From assembly GCA_963836185.1 (NCBI GenBank), contig CAWIIQ010000001.1:2009424-2073423 (forward strand): 64,000 nucleotides of DNA. The letters are read 5' to 3'. This document shows, in pieces, positions 20,840 through 30,900 of this stretch. The notes beneath the pieces are model-generated. The model saw only the letters and a program-made list of their open reading frames with translations, was not told where the DNA came from and ran no database searches. Within the stretch, counting starts at the first letter, position 1; each line of letters opens with the position of its first letter. The position numbers and the translations under genes are program-made. Source of the stretch: Candidatus Krumholzibacteriia bacterium (lineage in GTDB: Bacteria; Krumholzibacteriota; Krumholzibacteriia; Krumholzibacteriales; Krumholzibacteriaceae).

Positions 20840-21756
20840 TTACCGGGGTAGTCTAGACGATATACGAGGATCGACCTCGTCTTGAGGTCGGCGACGTAAA
20901 GGCGGAAGTCCCATGAGACCGCCACCGCAGAGGGCCTGATATCTTCCCCTTCGCCTATCGTCAGCACGTGGTCGAGCGAAGGGGTAAATCCGTAGACCCG
21001 GCCCGATCCCGGGTCGGCCACAAAGAGATAACCGTCGAGCCCGCCGCAGACGTACCGGGGAGATCTCATCTCTTCCCCATCGGCGAGAAGAGCGTACCCC
21101 TCGAAACCTCCCGAGCCTCCCAGGATCTGCACGCGGGCATTCCCGAATTCCGCCACGGCGATCTTCTCATCACCGAACAGGGCGGCCTTTACCGGCTTCT
21201 CGAAACTGCCGTCCGCCCAGCCGTACTCCCCCGTCTTTATCTCCACATCGAGAAGGGGCGACCAGACTGTCAGGCTGTGATTCTCGAGATCGGTCGTAAG
21301 AAGCCGTCCGCCCGTGCTGCTCGTCAGGGAAGCGGGTTTCATCCTCTCATACTTGGAGAACTCGATAAGCACATCGAGCCAGGCTCCCTTGTATTCATAC
21401 CTCAGTATCCTGTTGCCCGCGTAATCGAGCACGTATACGAACGTGCCGTGCGCCGCTACGTCCAGGGGGTAGAATCCCGCATCGAGATCCGGCGCCTCGA
21501 ATTCGAGAGGGGTCCCATCGCGCGAATACCTGTATACCTTTCCCGCCATCGGGTCGGCGACAAGGATGAATCCCCTGTCATCGACAGAGAGGCCGAGCGG
21601 CTCGCGCAGTTTCCCCGCACCGATGACGATATCGAGCCGCTCCGCGCGGAGCGGCTCCGCCGCGGCGACTGAAGTGGAGTCATCCCCGGCACGCGCGCCG
21701 GCGGCCAGCGTGACTACGCAAAGCAGGATGCATGACGTTATCGAAGGAGTTTTCAT
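20836..21756 (-). CDS. NHL-repeat beta-propeller protein, secreted or lipoprotein
   Basis: Signal peptide followed by repeated YV.D..N.RI / LYVAD NHL-like blades; there is an ATGA overlap with the large OMP gene. Confidence 0.6.
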   Translation of the reverse strand: MKTPSITSCILLCVVTLAAGARAGDDSTSVAAAEPLRAERLDIVIGAGKLREPLGLSVDDRGFILVADPMAGKVYRYSRDGTPLEFEAPDLDAGFYPLDVAAHGTFVYVLDYAGNRILRYEYKGAWLDVLIEFSKYERMKPASLTSSTGGRLLTTDLENHSLTVWSPLLDVEIKTGEYGWADGSFEKPVKAALFGDEKIAVAEFGNARVQILGGSGGFEGYALLADGEEMRSPRYVCGGLDGYLFVADPGSGRVYGFTPSLDHVLTIGEGEDIRPSAVAVSWDFRLYVADLKTRSILVYRLDYPGK

Positions 21757-21787
21757 CTGACGTCCGTTTCCCCGCGACGGTGGATCG

Positions 21788-22582
21788 TCAGAACGGTTTG
21801 TTGACCGCGAAAAAGAATCCGCCCGGTCTCGGTCCCGCCTCGATCCTCACGGGAATGTTCGACGAGGTTTCGGCGTCATTCGCCGACTTCCGGGCAATAT
21901 AGACCGCGTCTACAGAGCTGACGACCCTGAGCGCGAAGAGATAAAAAGCCGAGTAAATCGCGTAGCGTTCGGCATCCTCGCTGTCGCCCCTGAGGGTGTT
22001 GAAGTTGTGCTGGGCCTCGGACGAGCTCCACCGCCACGACATCTCCGTCGTGATATAGTTATCGAGGTAATAGCTGTCCATCGCCTCCTGATCGGGGTAG
22101 TACAGGTCGCGGGCCTCGCGCCTGACATACTCGTTGTATCCACCGGGGCCGTCGCTGCTTATCCACCTGCCGACATTCTCGTAATAACTCTGGTCATACC
22201 CGGTGCCGTTGACACCCGCGTAAGCCTGGGCGTAATCATTGTAGGCGTCCTCTTTGGAATCAGACCTGTAGAGAGATGTCCCGAGCATCAGCCAGCCAGC
22301 GCCCTCCAGAGCGAAATATACATATGCCCTCTTCTTTCGCCCCATCCTGTACTGTCCCAGGCCGGGAAGCAGGAAACTCCACGCGCCCTCTGCGGCGGGA
22401 GAGTATGTCCCGACCGCGGGGGCGGTATCGTCTTCCTGGGGCAGACCTTCAGAGGCAAGGTGGTAGCCGTAGCCGCCGGCACCAGCCTCCGATGAAAGCT
22501 CTGTAGAGAATGATCCGGCTTTCAACGCTCCCGGGGAGGCTGTCACGATCACAAGCAGAAATATTGTAAGCTTCTTCATCAT
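21788..22582 (-). CDS. Secreted hypothetical protein, paralog A
   Basis: Signal peptide and a Y/W/D-rich sequence. It shares LLPGLGQY...EGAGW and C-terminal A.YLFALRVVSSVDAVY motifs with the adjacent gene. Confidence 0.5.
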   Translation of the reverse strand: MMKKLTIFLLVIVTASPGALKAGSFSTELSSEAGAGGYGYHLASEGLPQEDDTAPAVGTYSPAAEGAWSFLLPGLGQYRMGRKKRAYVYFALEGAGWLMLGTSLYRSDSKEDAYNDYAQAYAGVNGTGYDQSYYENVGRWISSDGPGGYNEYVRREARDLYYPDQEAMDSYYLDNYITTEMSWRWSSSEAQHNFNTLRGDSEDAERYAIYSAFYLFALRVVSSVDAVYIARKSANDAETSSNIPVRIEAGPRPGGFFFAVNKPF

Positions 22583-22589
22583 AATCTCC

Positions 22590-23510
22590 CTAGAAACGAT
22601 AATTGACCCCGACCGCGGAATACTCCAGTCCCGGCCGGAATTCGAGCGTCAGGCCCTTGTCGTCGTAAACGCCCTTGTTGTACCTGTAGGCGAGGTAGCC
22701 TGCATCGAGCATCGAGACGACACGGTTCAGTATCAGTGCCATCACGTAGCGGTCCGCCGTGAGAAGATAATCGTCACTCTCGGTACGCATCGCCCAGTAG
22801 CTCGTCCTGTTCGGGGTCCATGCTTCGACATTTTCGTAGTCCCCGTTCCAGTCGTCCCACCCGAAGGAAAAGGCGTCGTATTTTCCCATGTTCTCGTAAT
22901 ATTCCTCGTGATCGAGCTCTTTCGGGATATACACGAAGTAATAGTAATCCCCCTTGGCATCCTCGTTGTACTGCTGCCAGCTGTCGCATCCGCCGATCCC
23001 GTCGCAGTAGGGATGCTGCAGGAGGAACCTCTCCTCGCTCCAGTGCTCGTCACCGAACCTCTCGTACTCGGCTTTGATTTCCTTGCCCTTGTCATAGTTA
23101 TCCCGGTAAGAGTACCAGAAGAATATGTCCAGCCCGATGAATATCGGTGTCCTTATATAGTGTGAGAGCTTATTCGAGCCGGTGGCGACGTAAAGCTCGC
23201 CCATTCCGGGAATGATCACCGACGAAAGCATGGCGAGGCCGATGTTTCTGCTGGACCGCGTCGAGACGGCCGCACCCGCTTCCTGGGCCCCCGCTCTCTG
23301 CGCGGCGAGCTCCTCACGCGAGACCACGGGTGTCTCGAGCTTCGTTCCCGTAAGCCTCAGCGTCTCGGTCATCTCGTATTTCTCGAGATCGAACGCCCGG
23401 TGGTCAGTGTCTTTAGACGCGTCCGCGGCCGGAACAGGTGCGGCATGTGCCTGTGGCAGAAGGCCCGCGAGGAGCAGGGCAAGCAGGCAGCTGATGATAA
23501 AACGCATCAA
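22590..23510 (-). CDS. Secreted hypothetical protein, paralog B
   Basis: Signal peptide, an IIPGMGELY motif and C-terminal RYVMALILNRVVSMLDAGY; it is related to 21788..22582. Confidence 0.5.
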   Translation of the reverse strand: MMRFIISCLLALLLAGLLPQAHAAPVPAADASKDTDHRAFDLEKYEMTETLRLTGTKLETPVVSREELAAQRAGAQEAGAAVSTRSSRNIGLAMLSSVIIPGMGELYVATGSNKLSHYIRTPIFIGLDIFFWYSYRDNYDKGKEIKAEYERFGDEHWSEERFLLQHPYCDGIGGCDSWQQYNEDAKGDYYYFVYIPKELDHEEYYENMGKYDAFSFGWDDWNGDYENVEAWTPNRTSYWAMRTESDDYLLTADRYVMALILNRVVSMLDAGYLAYRYNKGVYDDKGLTLEFRPGLEYSAVGVNYRF

Positions 23511-23523
23511 TATCCTCCGGTCG

Positions 23524-26500
23524 TTAATTGACGATCGCGAACTTTTTCCTCGTCTCCACCGTCGTGCCGCCCGAGGTGACGACGATGCGGCAGAGATAGA
23601 TCCCTGACGCCTCTCCTGTCATACTCACGGCGAACTCGGCCTGGCCCCCGGACAACGGCATCGATTCTCCGAGGACCTTCTCTCCCTCGATAGTGAATAT
23701 ATCGAGAGTGGCCTCTCCCTCATCGGGTGCTGTAAAGTGGAAAGCCACCCGGTCCCCGTTCGAGGGACTGGGGTATATCACGAGGTTCTGCTCGAGGTCG
23801 GCCCACTGCGGCTGCTCGATGGTGAATCCGGATGACGGCTCGACCCATGAGTCACGGTCCGCGCCGCCGTAGACCGAGGTCCACGATCCCCGCATACCGA
23901 ACGCTCCGAATGGAGTCTGCTGCCATCTCGCCCTGCCGCTTTCGGGCCTCCAGGCCCCGAATCCGCTATCTTCCTTGTTGAAGACGAGATCGATCCATGA
24001 AAAGTATTCCGTATCGGTAAGATCGACCGGCTCGATGAATGTACCGGCGAGCTTTCTCGGCCATCCCTGTTCCAGTTCGCCCTCATGATCTATCATATAC
24101 ATGATTCCCGCGTCCGTCCCCGCCAGGATCCACGCCCCGGTCGAATTGGAGGCAGTCACGGGCGGCACTGTTATGTTTACCGTTACGGGAAGCTGATAGA
24201 CTCCGTTATTAAGGTCCCTCGGCCACCCCGTGATATTCGCTCCCGACGGATCGATGACGTATATCGAGCTCCCGTCCGTACAGACCAGATCGAGTTTTCC
24301 GTCGCCGTTAATATCCTGTACAGCAGGGGGATAAGGTATCGAGCTTCCGAGACTTCTTTCGCTGATCATGCCGTCCATACCGTAGAGGAGGACCCTCCCC
24401 GTAGATGCCGTAATGATCCATATCTCGGCCACTCCAATTCCCGGAACGATATCTCCTCCGGCGAGAAATATCTCTCCCGAAAGATCCGAATGCGAAAGCG
24501 CGATGTCGCCCGAGATGTATCTGCAATATTCAAGTCCTTCGTCGGTGATCGGGCAGCTTATCAACCGGGCACCTGAACAGCCTTCTCCCGTGCATTCGAT
24601 CAATGCGATGACCGCGATCGCCTCACCGGACCTGTCCTTCTCGACGACGAGGTTCCCTGTGACGCTGTAACCTGAAGGAAGAGAAGCCGGATAACCGACT
24701 TCAAGCCCGTCCGTATCTATCATGTAGATCAGCCCGTCCTTTTCGGCGGCGATCACGTAGACGCCGTGCGAAGTACCGACCGGCACGGGGAACGCTGCCA
24801 GCGTATCGAGCATGACGGGCCAGGAGGGGCACTCTGTCCAGTCATCCACGCTGAGCGCATGGATCGATCCATCCTTCTGAGAGGCCAGGACAGCTCCCGA
24901 GGCGCTGCCGTTGCATCCGGTGAAATCCTGAATATGAGCCGCTGGAGTCATCGCCGGCCCGCCGAGATCGAAGACAGGCGACGGGTTCCCGGGCAGCCAG
25001 CCTTTGCCTGTATCGTCTATGATCAGTGAGTTTTCCTGTCCGGCCAGGGGCAATACCCCGAAAATCGCCGGAGTGAAGCCCCCGGGGATCATCTTCGTCT
25101 CGGATCTCTCCTGGCAGCCGGCTCCGAATGTCATCAGCGTATCCCTGCCGGTTACATTCTCGAGGCTCAGGCCGCTTCTCACCTGCCAGTTGCTCCAGGC
25201 CGGCGGAAGGGTCTCGTCGTTCATCTCCGTACTGTTTCCATCGTAGAACGCGTCGTCGTACCAGCCCATCCCGAACCTCGAAGTCGGATCGCCGAGATCG
25301 ACGACACCGTTAGCCTCGATTAGCGCGACGCCGAAGGGCCAGCGGGAGTTGACCTCGTTGTCCTCCCACCTGCGCTCGATGAAGTACTCGTCGACGTGCC
25401 AGACAAGCAGCCCCGGCCCCCATTCGGGCCCGGGGTACGGCTCCTCGGTCGGGAGCAGGTAGTCGTACCCGTTCGTGTATTCCCAGTCGATCTCTTCGGG
25501 GAAGCCGGCCCCGCAGTTCATGCAGTTGCCCGGCCCCAGAATAACGCCCGTGACCTCGTCGGTCACGAACCCGGTGTAGAGCCCGTCGAGCTCGGCTGCC
25601 CTGTTCTCGATGAGCCAGTACTCGTCGGCTGACATCTCGACTCGTACGCCCCTCGAGGGGCATTTGCCCGAAGCGGACAGGGAGATCGCGTCATCGAAGG
25701 TGCCTATCGTATCCACGCTCATCCATCCGAGGAAATATTTCGACCACGCGCTGAGCCCGCCGGGCATGAACCCTTCCGCGTAGTACTCTCCACCTTCCGC
25801 GTCGACGAGGATAGCGCCGAGCTGGCCGCCGCTGTCCATATTGTCGAACACGCCGATGGACGCGTAATTCGTATAGGTGTCGTAGAGATCGGGAAGTCCG
25901 AGCTGGTGCCCGAACTCGTGGGCAAGGACCGCGGCGATCCCGCCGTTGTAGCCATCCTGTATCGCCGTCTCGGGGACCACAGACATCTCGGTGATCACAT
26001 ACCCGTCCTCGATGATTATCTCGTCGCCATCGCCCAGCCTCGCGTAGAAGGACGGCACGTCGTTGGGGCTGTTCCCGAGGACGTCGCTCTGCAGATTAGC
26101 CCCGGCGTGCGCCAGCACGATCGCGTCGTAGTCGCTGAGCCTGACGGGGTATCCATCCGCCCGCAGGGAATCGTCGCACGCGATGATGGCGTCGTGAACA
26201 AAATTCACAAGACTCTCGATAGTCCAGTATCCGCCCTTTCCCGGGCCGTAGTCGGCCAGGTCGGAAAGCTTGTAACTCCCGTTCTCGCCGGAAGGAATAA
26301 TATCCCAGTTTATCTCGGTGGCCCCGCACGATTGGAAATCCCAGTAACGTGCCATGGCGTCCATATGTGAATCGAAGTATGCCCTGTTGTGTGGAGTCGG
26401 ATCGATGATAGAGGTCCCTGCCTCAGTGAGATCGAAGTCTCCACCTGTCCTCATGCTCGTAAGGCTGCCCGACCTGTCGGTCTCGAACGACACCCTGATC

Positions 26501-26793
26501 ACTACGACGTTCCATGTATCGGCAGGCGCGGCAGGACCCTGAAGCATCCTTCTTTCCGCGGCGTCTCTCGTTCGCCTCAGCCCCATGATCGACGGACGGT
26601 CGAAGCCGAATATCCTGGCCCCGGTCACAGCTCCATCGGGAAGGACCGATTCGCGCCCGGTGCTGTACAGCCCTCCGGCATGCCGTTCCAGAACCGGTAC
26701 GGAACGGTCATCGGCCCCGAGCGCGCCCGCCTGAAGGACGGCTGTCAAGCACAGGATTATTACACCGGCAGGCTTTCTTATACGGTCAGCCAT
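23524..26793 (-). CDS. M6-family (InhA-like) zinc metalloprotease with a T9SS C-terminal sorting domain
   Basis: HEFGHQLGLPDLYD is the M6 HExxH...D/LYD signature. It is 1089 aa with a signal peptide and a C-terminal ~80-aa Ig-like CTD (...GIYLCRIVVTSGGTTVETRKKFAIVN). Confidence 0.7.
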   Translation of the reverse strand: MADRIRKPAGVIILCLTAVLQAGALGADDRSVPVLERHAGGLYSTGRESVLPDGAVTGARIFGFDRPSIMGLRRTRDAAERRMLQGPAAPADTWNVVVIRVSFETDRSGSLTSMRTGGDFDLTEAGTSIIDPTPHNRAYFDSHMDAMARYWDFQSCGATEINWDIIPSGENGSYKLSDLADYGPGKGGYWTIESLVNFVHDAIIACDDSLRADGYPVRLSDYDAIVLAHAGANLQSDVLGNSPNDVPSFYARLGDGDEIIIEDGYVITEMSVVPETAIQDGYNGGIAAVLAHEFGHQLGLPDLYDTYTNYASIGVFDNMDSGGQLGAILVDAEGGEYYAEGFMPGGLSAWSKYFLGWMSVDTIGTFDDAISLSASGKCPSRGVRVEMSADEYWLIENRAAELDGLYTGFVTDEVTGVILGPGNCMNCGAGFPEEIDWEYTNGYDYLLPTEEPYPGPEWGPGLLVWHVDEYFIERRWEDNEVNSRWPFGVALIEANGVVDLGDPTSRFGMGWYDDAFYDGNSTEMNDETLPPAWSNWQVRSGLSLENVTGRDTLMTFGAGCQERSETKMIPGGFTPAIFGVLPLAGQENSLIIDDTGKGWLPGNPSPVFDLGGPAMTPAAHIQDFTGCNGSASGAVLASQKDGSIHALSVDDWTECPSWPVMLDTLAAFPVPVGTSHGVYVIAAEKDGLIYMIDTDGLEVGYPASLPSGYSVTGNLVVEKDRSGEAIAVIALIECTGEGCSGARLISCPITDEGLEYCRYISGDIALSHSDLSGEIFLAGGDIVPGIGVAEIWIITASTGRVLLYGMDGMISERSLGSSIPYPPAVQDINGDGKLDLVCTDGSSIYVIDPSGANITGWPRDLNNGVYQLPVTVNITVPPVTASNSTGAWILAGTDAGIMYMIDHEGELEQGWPRKLAGTFIEPVDLTDTEYFSWIDLVFNKEDSGFGAWRPESGRARWQQTPFGAFGMRGSWTSVYGGADRDSWVEPSSGFTIEQPQWADLEQNLVIYPSPSNGDRVAFHFTAPDEGEATLDIFTIEGEKVLGESMPLSGGQAEFAVSMTGEASGIYLCRIVVTSGGTTVETRKKFAIVN

Positions 26794-26822
26794 CAGTTGA
26801 AGAATTGCCTTTCCCAGGGTTA

Positions 26823-27818
26823 TCAGAAGTTAACACCAAGGGACCAGCGGTGGACTCTCGCGAGCTCCTCCGCCTGTGGAACACTGGCCCAGTCTATCCT
26901 TACACGGTCATTGAATACGAATCCGAGACCATACGTCATCGCCTTGATATTTCCATCCTGGTCATGGATGTACCCGAGACGCAGCGCGATCAGGTTCGTA
27001 TAGAGGAATTCCGTTCCGATGTGATACGTATTGGAACGATCCCATTCGACCATGGGCCTGTTGATCTCCCCTGTGATGAACCACTTGCCGACATCGCTCC
27101 AGACAGGGGCCCACGCGAGGCTCGCCCTGAGGTTACTCGGCAGAGGGGCAGCCTGGTCCCTGTTCATGTATGTTATCGAAGGCCCGAGGTTCGAGACAGC
27201 CAGGCCGAGGCTCATCCTTCTGATCTTGGCGCTGCTGATGCCGAAATCGGGGATCTTCCACAAGGCGCCGAAATCAACGGCTACAGAGCTTCCCGTTCCC
27301 TCGGTCCCTTCCAGCGTGGCCCATGCGGGCGCCAGGCTGACATAGATGAACTTCAGGTTCATCCCGAGCGACAGCTGGTTGCCGAGTTTCACCGCACCGC
27401 CGATCATGGGAGCGATCTCCCACGATGAGGCGGTCCCGAGCTCCTCGGGAGTCGTACCAGTCACGGTCCATTCTCCGTATGTGAGGTACTGGATGGCGAA
27501 TCCGATCGTCCCGATCCCCTTTATCTTGTAGATACCACCGATATATTCGAAGAAGACATCTGAGGCGAGATCAGGGACGAGCTGGGAATGCATAAGGTCG
27601 ATCGCATGGTGCTCGGCAAACGCCATTCCAGCGGGGTTCCACCACATCGCGGTCGCGTCATCGGCAATCGCCCCGAAGCTCTGTCCCATCCCGTTGGCTC
27701 TCGCTCCGGGAGGGATGATGAGGCTTCCCGCTCCCGACTCCCCCTGCGCGAATGCCGCGGAAGAGGCAGTGACGATAACGAACAATGAGATGATTATCAA
27801 CCTTATCGATTTTACCAT
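26823..27818 (-). CDS. porV: T9SS outer-membrane protein PorV (LptO)-like
   Basis: Signal peptide followed by GARANGMGQSFGAIADDATAMWWNPAGMAF, which resembles the PorV N-terminal signature, then a beta-barrel with a terminal F. It is immediately downstream of a C25 peptidase, matching the porU-porV arrangement. Confidence 0.55.
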   Translation of the reverse strand: MVKSIRLIIISLFVIVTASSAAFAQGESGAGSLIIPPGARANGMGQSFGAIADDATAMWWNPAGMAFAEHHAIDLMHSQLVPDLASDVFFEYIGGIYKIKGIGTIGFAIQYLTYGEWTVTGTTPEELGTASSWEIAPMIGGAVKLGNQLSLGMNLKFIYVSLAPAWATLEGTEGTGSSVAVDFGALWKIPDFGISSAKIRRMSLGLAVSNLGPSITYMNRDQAAPLPSNLRASLAWAPVWSDVGKWFITGEINRPMVEWDRSNTYHIGTEFLYTNLIALRLGYIHDQDGNIKAMTYGLGFVFNDRVRIDWASVPQAEELARVHRWSLGVNF

Positions 27819-27942
27819 AATCCGGATTCTCCTTTTTGTTGGCCTTCTTAGTAAATTAAGTATCTGAAAACTTCCCGGTCAAGCGATTAAGGCTGAGCCG
27901 GGAAACACTTTCCGTTGTGATAAATAATATTTTCACAAATGG

Positions 27943-30900
27943 TTATCTGAGATGGACCACCTTTCCCCTGACCGTTTCGCTGCGGTTGTAGGAATCCCTG
28001 AAAGAGACCTCGAGAACGTATATATAGGTACCGTTCGCTATCTGGTCCCCGATAAAATCCCTTCCTTCCCAGTAGATCGAGTTAAAACCCTCTTCGGCGG
28101 CCATTTCGGCGTTCCAGATCTCGACCCCCGAGAGGTTATATACACGCAGGAGGACGTCGGCCCTGCTGCTCAGCTGAAATACGAAGTTCGTCGATTCCGT
28201 AAAAGGATTGGGCATATTGAAGACGTCGCTGACCGTGTACAGACCCTCCTCGACTACCTCGAAGACGAGTGTGTCGCTCGCGGATTCACCGAGGTTATCG
28301 AAGGCCCGCACGATCACGGAATGCTCACCGGGCTCGAAACCGGTATGAAGAGGGTAGTCGACGCGCCCGGTCGTCGATGAACCATGCTCATATTCAAAGT
28401 ATTCAGTAACGAAGATCGGGTAGCCGCTGCGGTCGAATTCAAAGTAGATCGAGTTCTGCGGCTCCGTACCGAGGATCGCGATACCGTCGCTGTCGGCTAT
28501 ATCAGCCACGAGGATAGCTCCTCTCTTGACCTTGGTCGCCTGGCCGGAGAAGTACATGTCGATATCGGGGGGGCCTTCGTTCGGCGGCACCGTACCCGAC
28601 GTGACTATCGCGAGCGTATCGACCGCGCCTGTCCCGTCGTCCCCCATTTCGCTTACATAGGATCGGACCCTCGCCCTCGGCCCCGTCCTGCACCTTACCG
28701 GCACTACGAAATCGAGATCGAACCTCCCGGCTGTAACATCTACCGAGCCTCTGAAGATATCCTTGCCGGGAAGCCTGTAATCGAGTTTCGTGGGGGTGCC
28801 CCAGTGGACGATATCCCTGCTGATCATCTCCATCGATTCCTGCACGACTATCTCAGCCGTGCCGTTGAATGTCGAAAGGAGTTCTCCGCCCTCGGTCACC
28901 CTGCCGTTTAGCGTATACCTGCCGCCCGTGCCCATAGTATCGATCGGGGCGATCTCATGCTCGACCATACGATGCGGCAGAGAAAGCGTCATCGCCGGAT
29001 CGCCGAGCAGGATGTACTTGGCGTTGTTGCTCGTATACATGAAGGTCTCATCATCGGTCTTTGCCATCATGAGAGCAGTGCCGACCGGCTCTGTCGCTGT
29101 GCTGTCCCCACCGGTGAACAGGTAGTCGAAATAGATATAGTTCAGTTCCCTGTTAGGGATAAGTATCGTGGGAGCGACTCCCGCGATCACCGCTATCGCT
29201 CCGCCCTCTTCGAGGACCGTGATCTCCTGCCCCATACTCCTGTGGAACGGGGATTCGAGATCACCGACGGTACAGGAGAAAGCGAGAAAGAGCGGCTGCA
29301 TGTCTCCGTTGACAAACGAATACAGATCTGACATCTGCAGCACTCTTTCATCGGAAAGCTGCTGCGGAGACCCGTGCCCCGCGTAGTTGACGACGAGGGC
29401 TCCGCGCGACCATGCCTCTATCATGTCGCTTGTAGCGCCCGGTTTCAGGTCGCCGACAAAAGGATAATTGGTCAGGTATATTTTGCTGTAGTCGACGAAT
29501 CTCGGGATCGGCCCATCGTCGGCCGTCATCCATTCGGCGTCCCACGTGAAGTAGAAATCGTTATCGGTACTCGTCGAGAACTCATCGTCCGCGACGACGA
29601 TCACCCGGTTCCTCCACGTCCCCATCTCCATATCCGATTCGTACCTTATCAATCGATCGACCCACAGGTCGGCAGCCCTCCGGGTCAGCACGGGCATCCT
29701 TCCTATGGCCACGTCGATCATCCTGTCGTAGCCGGCGTCGAGCTTGACGAGGAAATCGTCATCTTCGACACCCTGGTCCTCGTAATTCACGTTGATGTAG
29801 ACAGGCACGAAATCGTTCCCGCGGCCCAGAATATCCCTGGCGTCGTATGTACAGTTACCGATCAGCAGCGCGTAATCGATGACAGGCGCCCCGCCCTCGC
29901 TGAAATTGTCATAGAGGAATTTCAGATAGTTCCTGACGGCCAGGGGATCCTTCATTCCGCCGGAGAAGTTGTTGTAGACATCCTCGATATCTACCGCTCT
30001 TACTACGGGATCTGCCGAATAGGGAAGATTGTCCCTGCGGTGCGTGGCCAGGCGGTTGGCCGCTTCCCGGAAATTGCGGTGATAGACTATGATCATGTCG
30101 GGCGGCGTCTCGTCCCTCAAGGAGGGAAAGACTCCGGGCGCCATGCTTTCGATAATGATCGACGGGGTGAGGATACTCGAGGCCGCTGACGCGTGATAGT
30201 GCAGGGGAACCGCGCCGAGCATATCTTCGAAGACTATCTCGCCCTGGGAGTTCTGCCATCCGGTAAGCAGCACCGGCCCCGCGTGGTCCGTGACCTCGAA
30301 GAGGAATATCTCCTCCGCCTCCGGGAATCCGTTGATCGTAATCGCCGCGGTACGCATATCAGAGGGCGCGAAGAAATCGAGCCGTCCATCGAGCGCCTTG
30401 AGGTATCTTTCGTAGAACAGGTCGAACCAGAGGACATACATCACGTCTTCCGATGTCTTGACCAGTCTGAACTGGTTTTCTCCTTCCACTATCGAGCTCA
30501 GCGCAGTCTCGACAGTGTCCGGCCTGAAATCGGTGTATACTATCCAGCTCATGTGGCCGGCATGTTCCCCGTTCACATAGCAGTCCGCTTCATTGAGGTT
30601 ATTGTTGTATATGTACGGGCCGTAGCCAAGCGTCCTGACCATCCCGCCGCCGCCGGCGATATCTACGCACTGGAACCTTTCGATGAAGTTGGTCGTGCCC
30701 TCGTTCAGGCGCCTCCAGTACCAGAAATCGTCCGTGTGTATCGGATCGTAGAGAGCGTCCCGCTCGACATGGATACGATGGCTGTATGTATTGACTTCGA
30801 GGTCCGCTGAACCGGCCGGCGCTACATCACGGCTCTGCACCCTCGAGGGCTGCCCCTCGAACGATCCGCCCCAGCTCATCCAGTAGACGCTGTTTTCACA

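Noticed and set aside
22742-23095. Arg/Thr-rich antisense ORFs across the 22.6-23.1 kb and 25.3-25.7 kb regions
   Set aside because: They are typical spurious ORFs on the strand opposite high-GC coding sequence, with no start context or domains.
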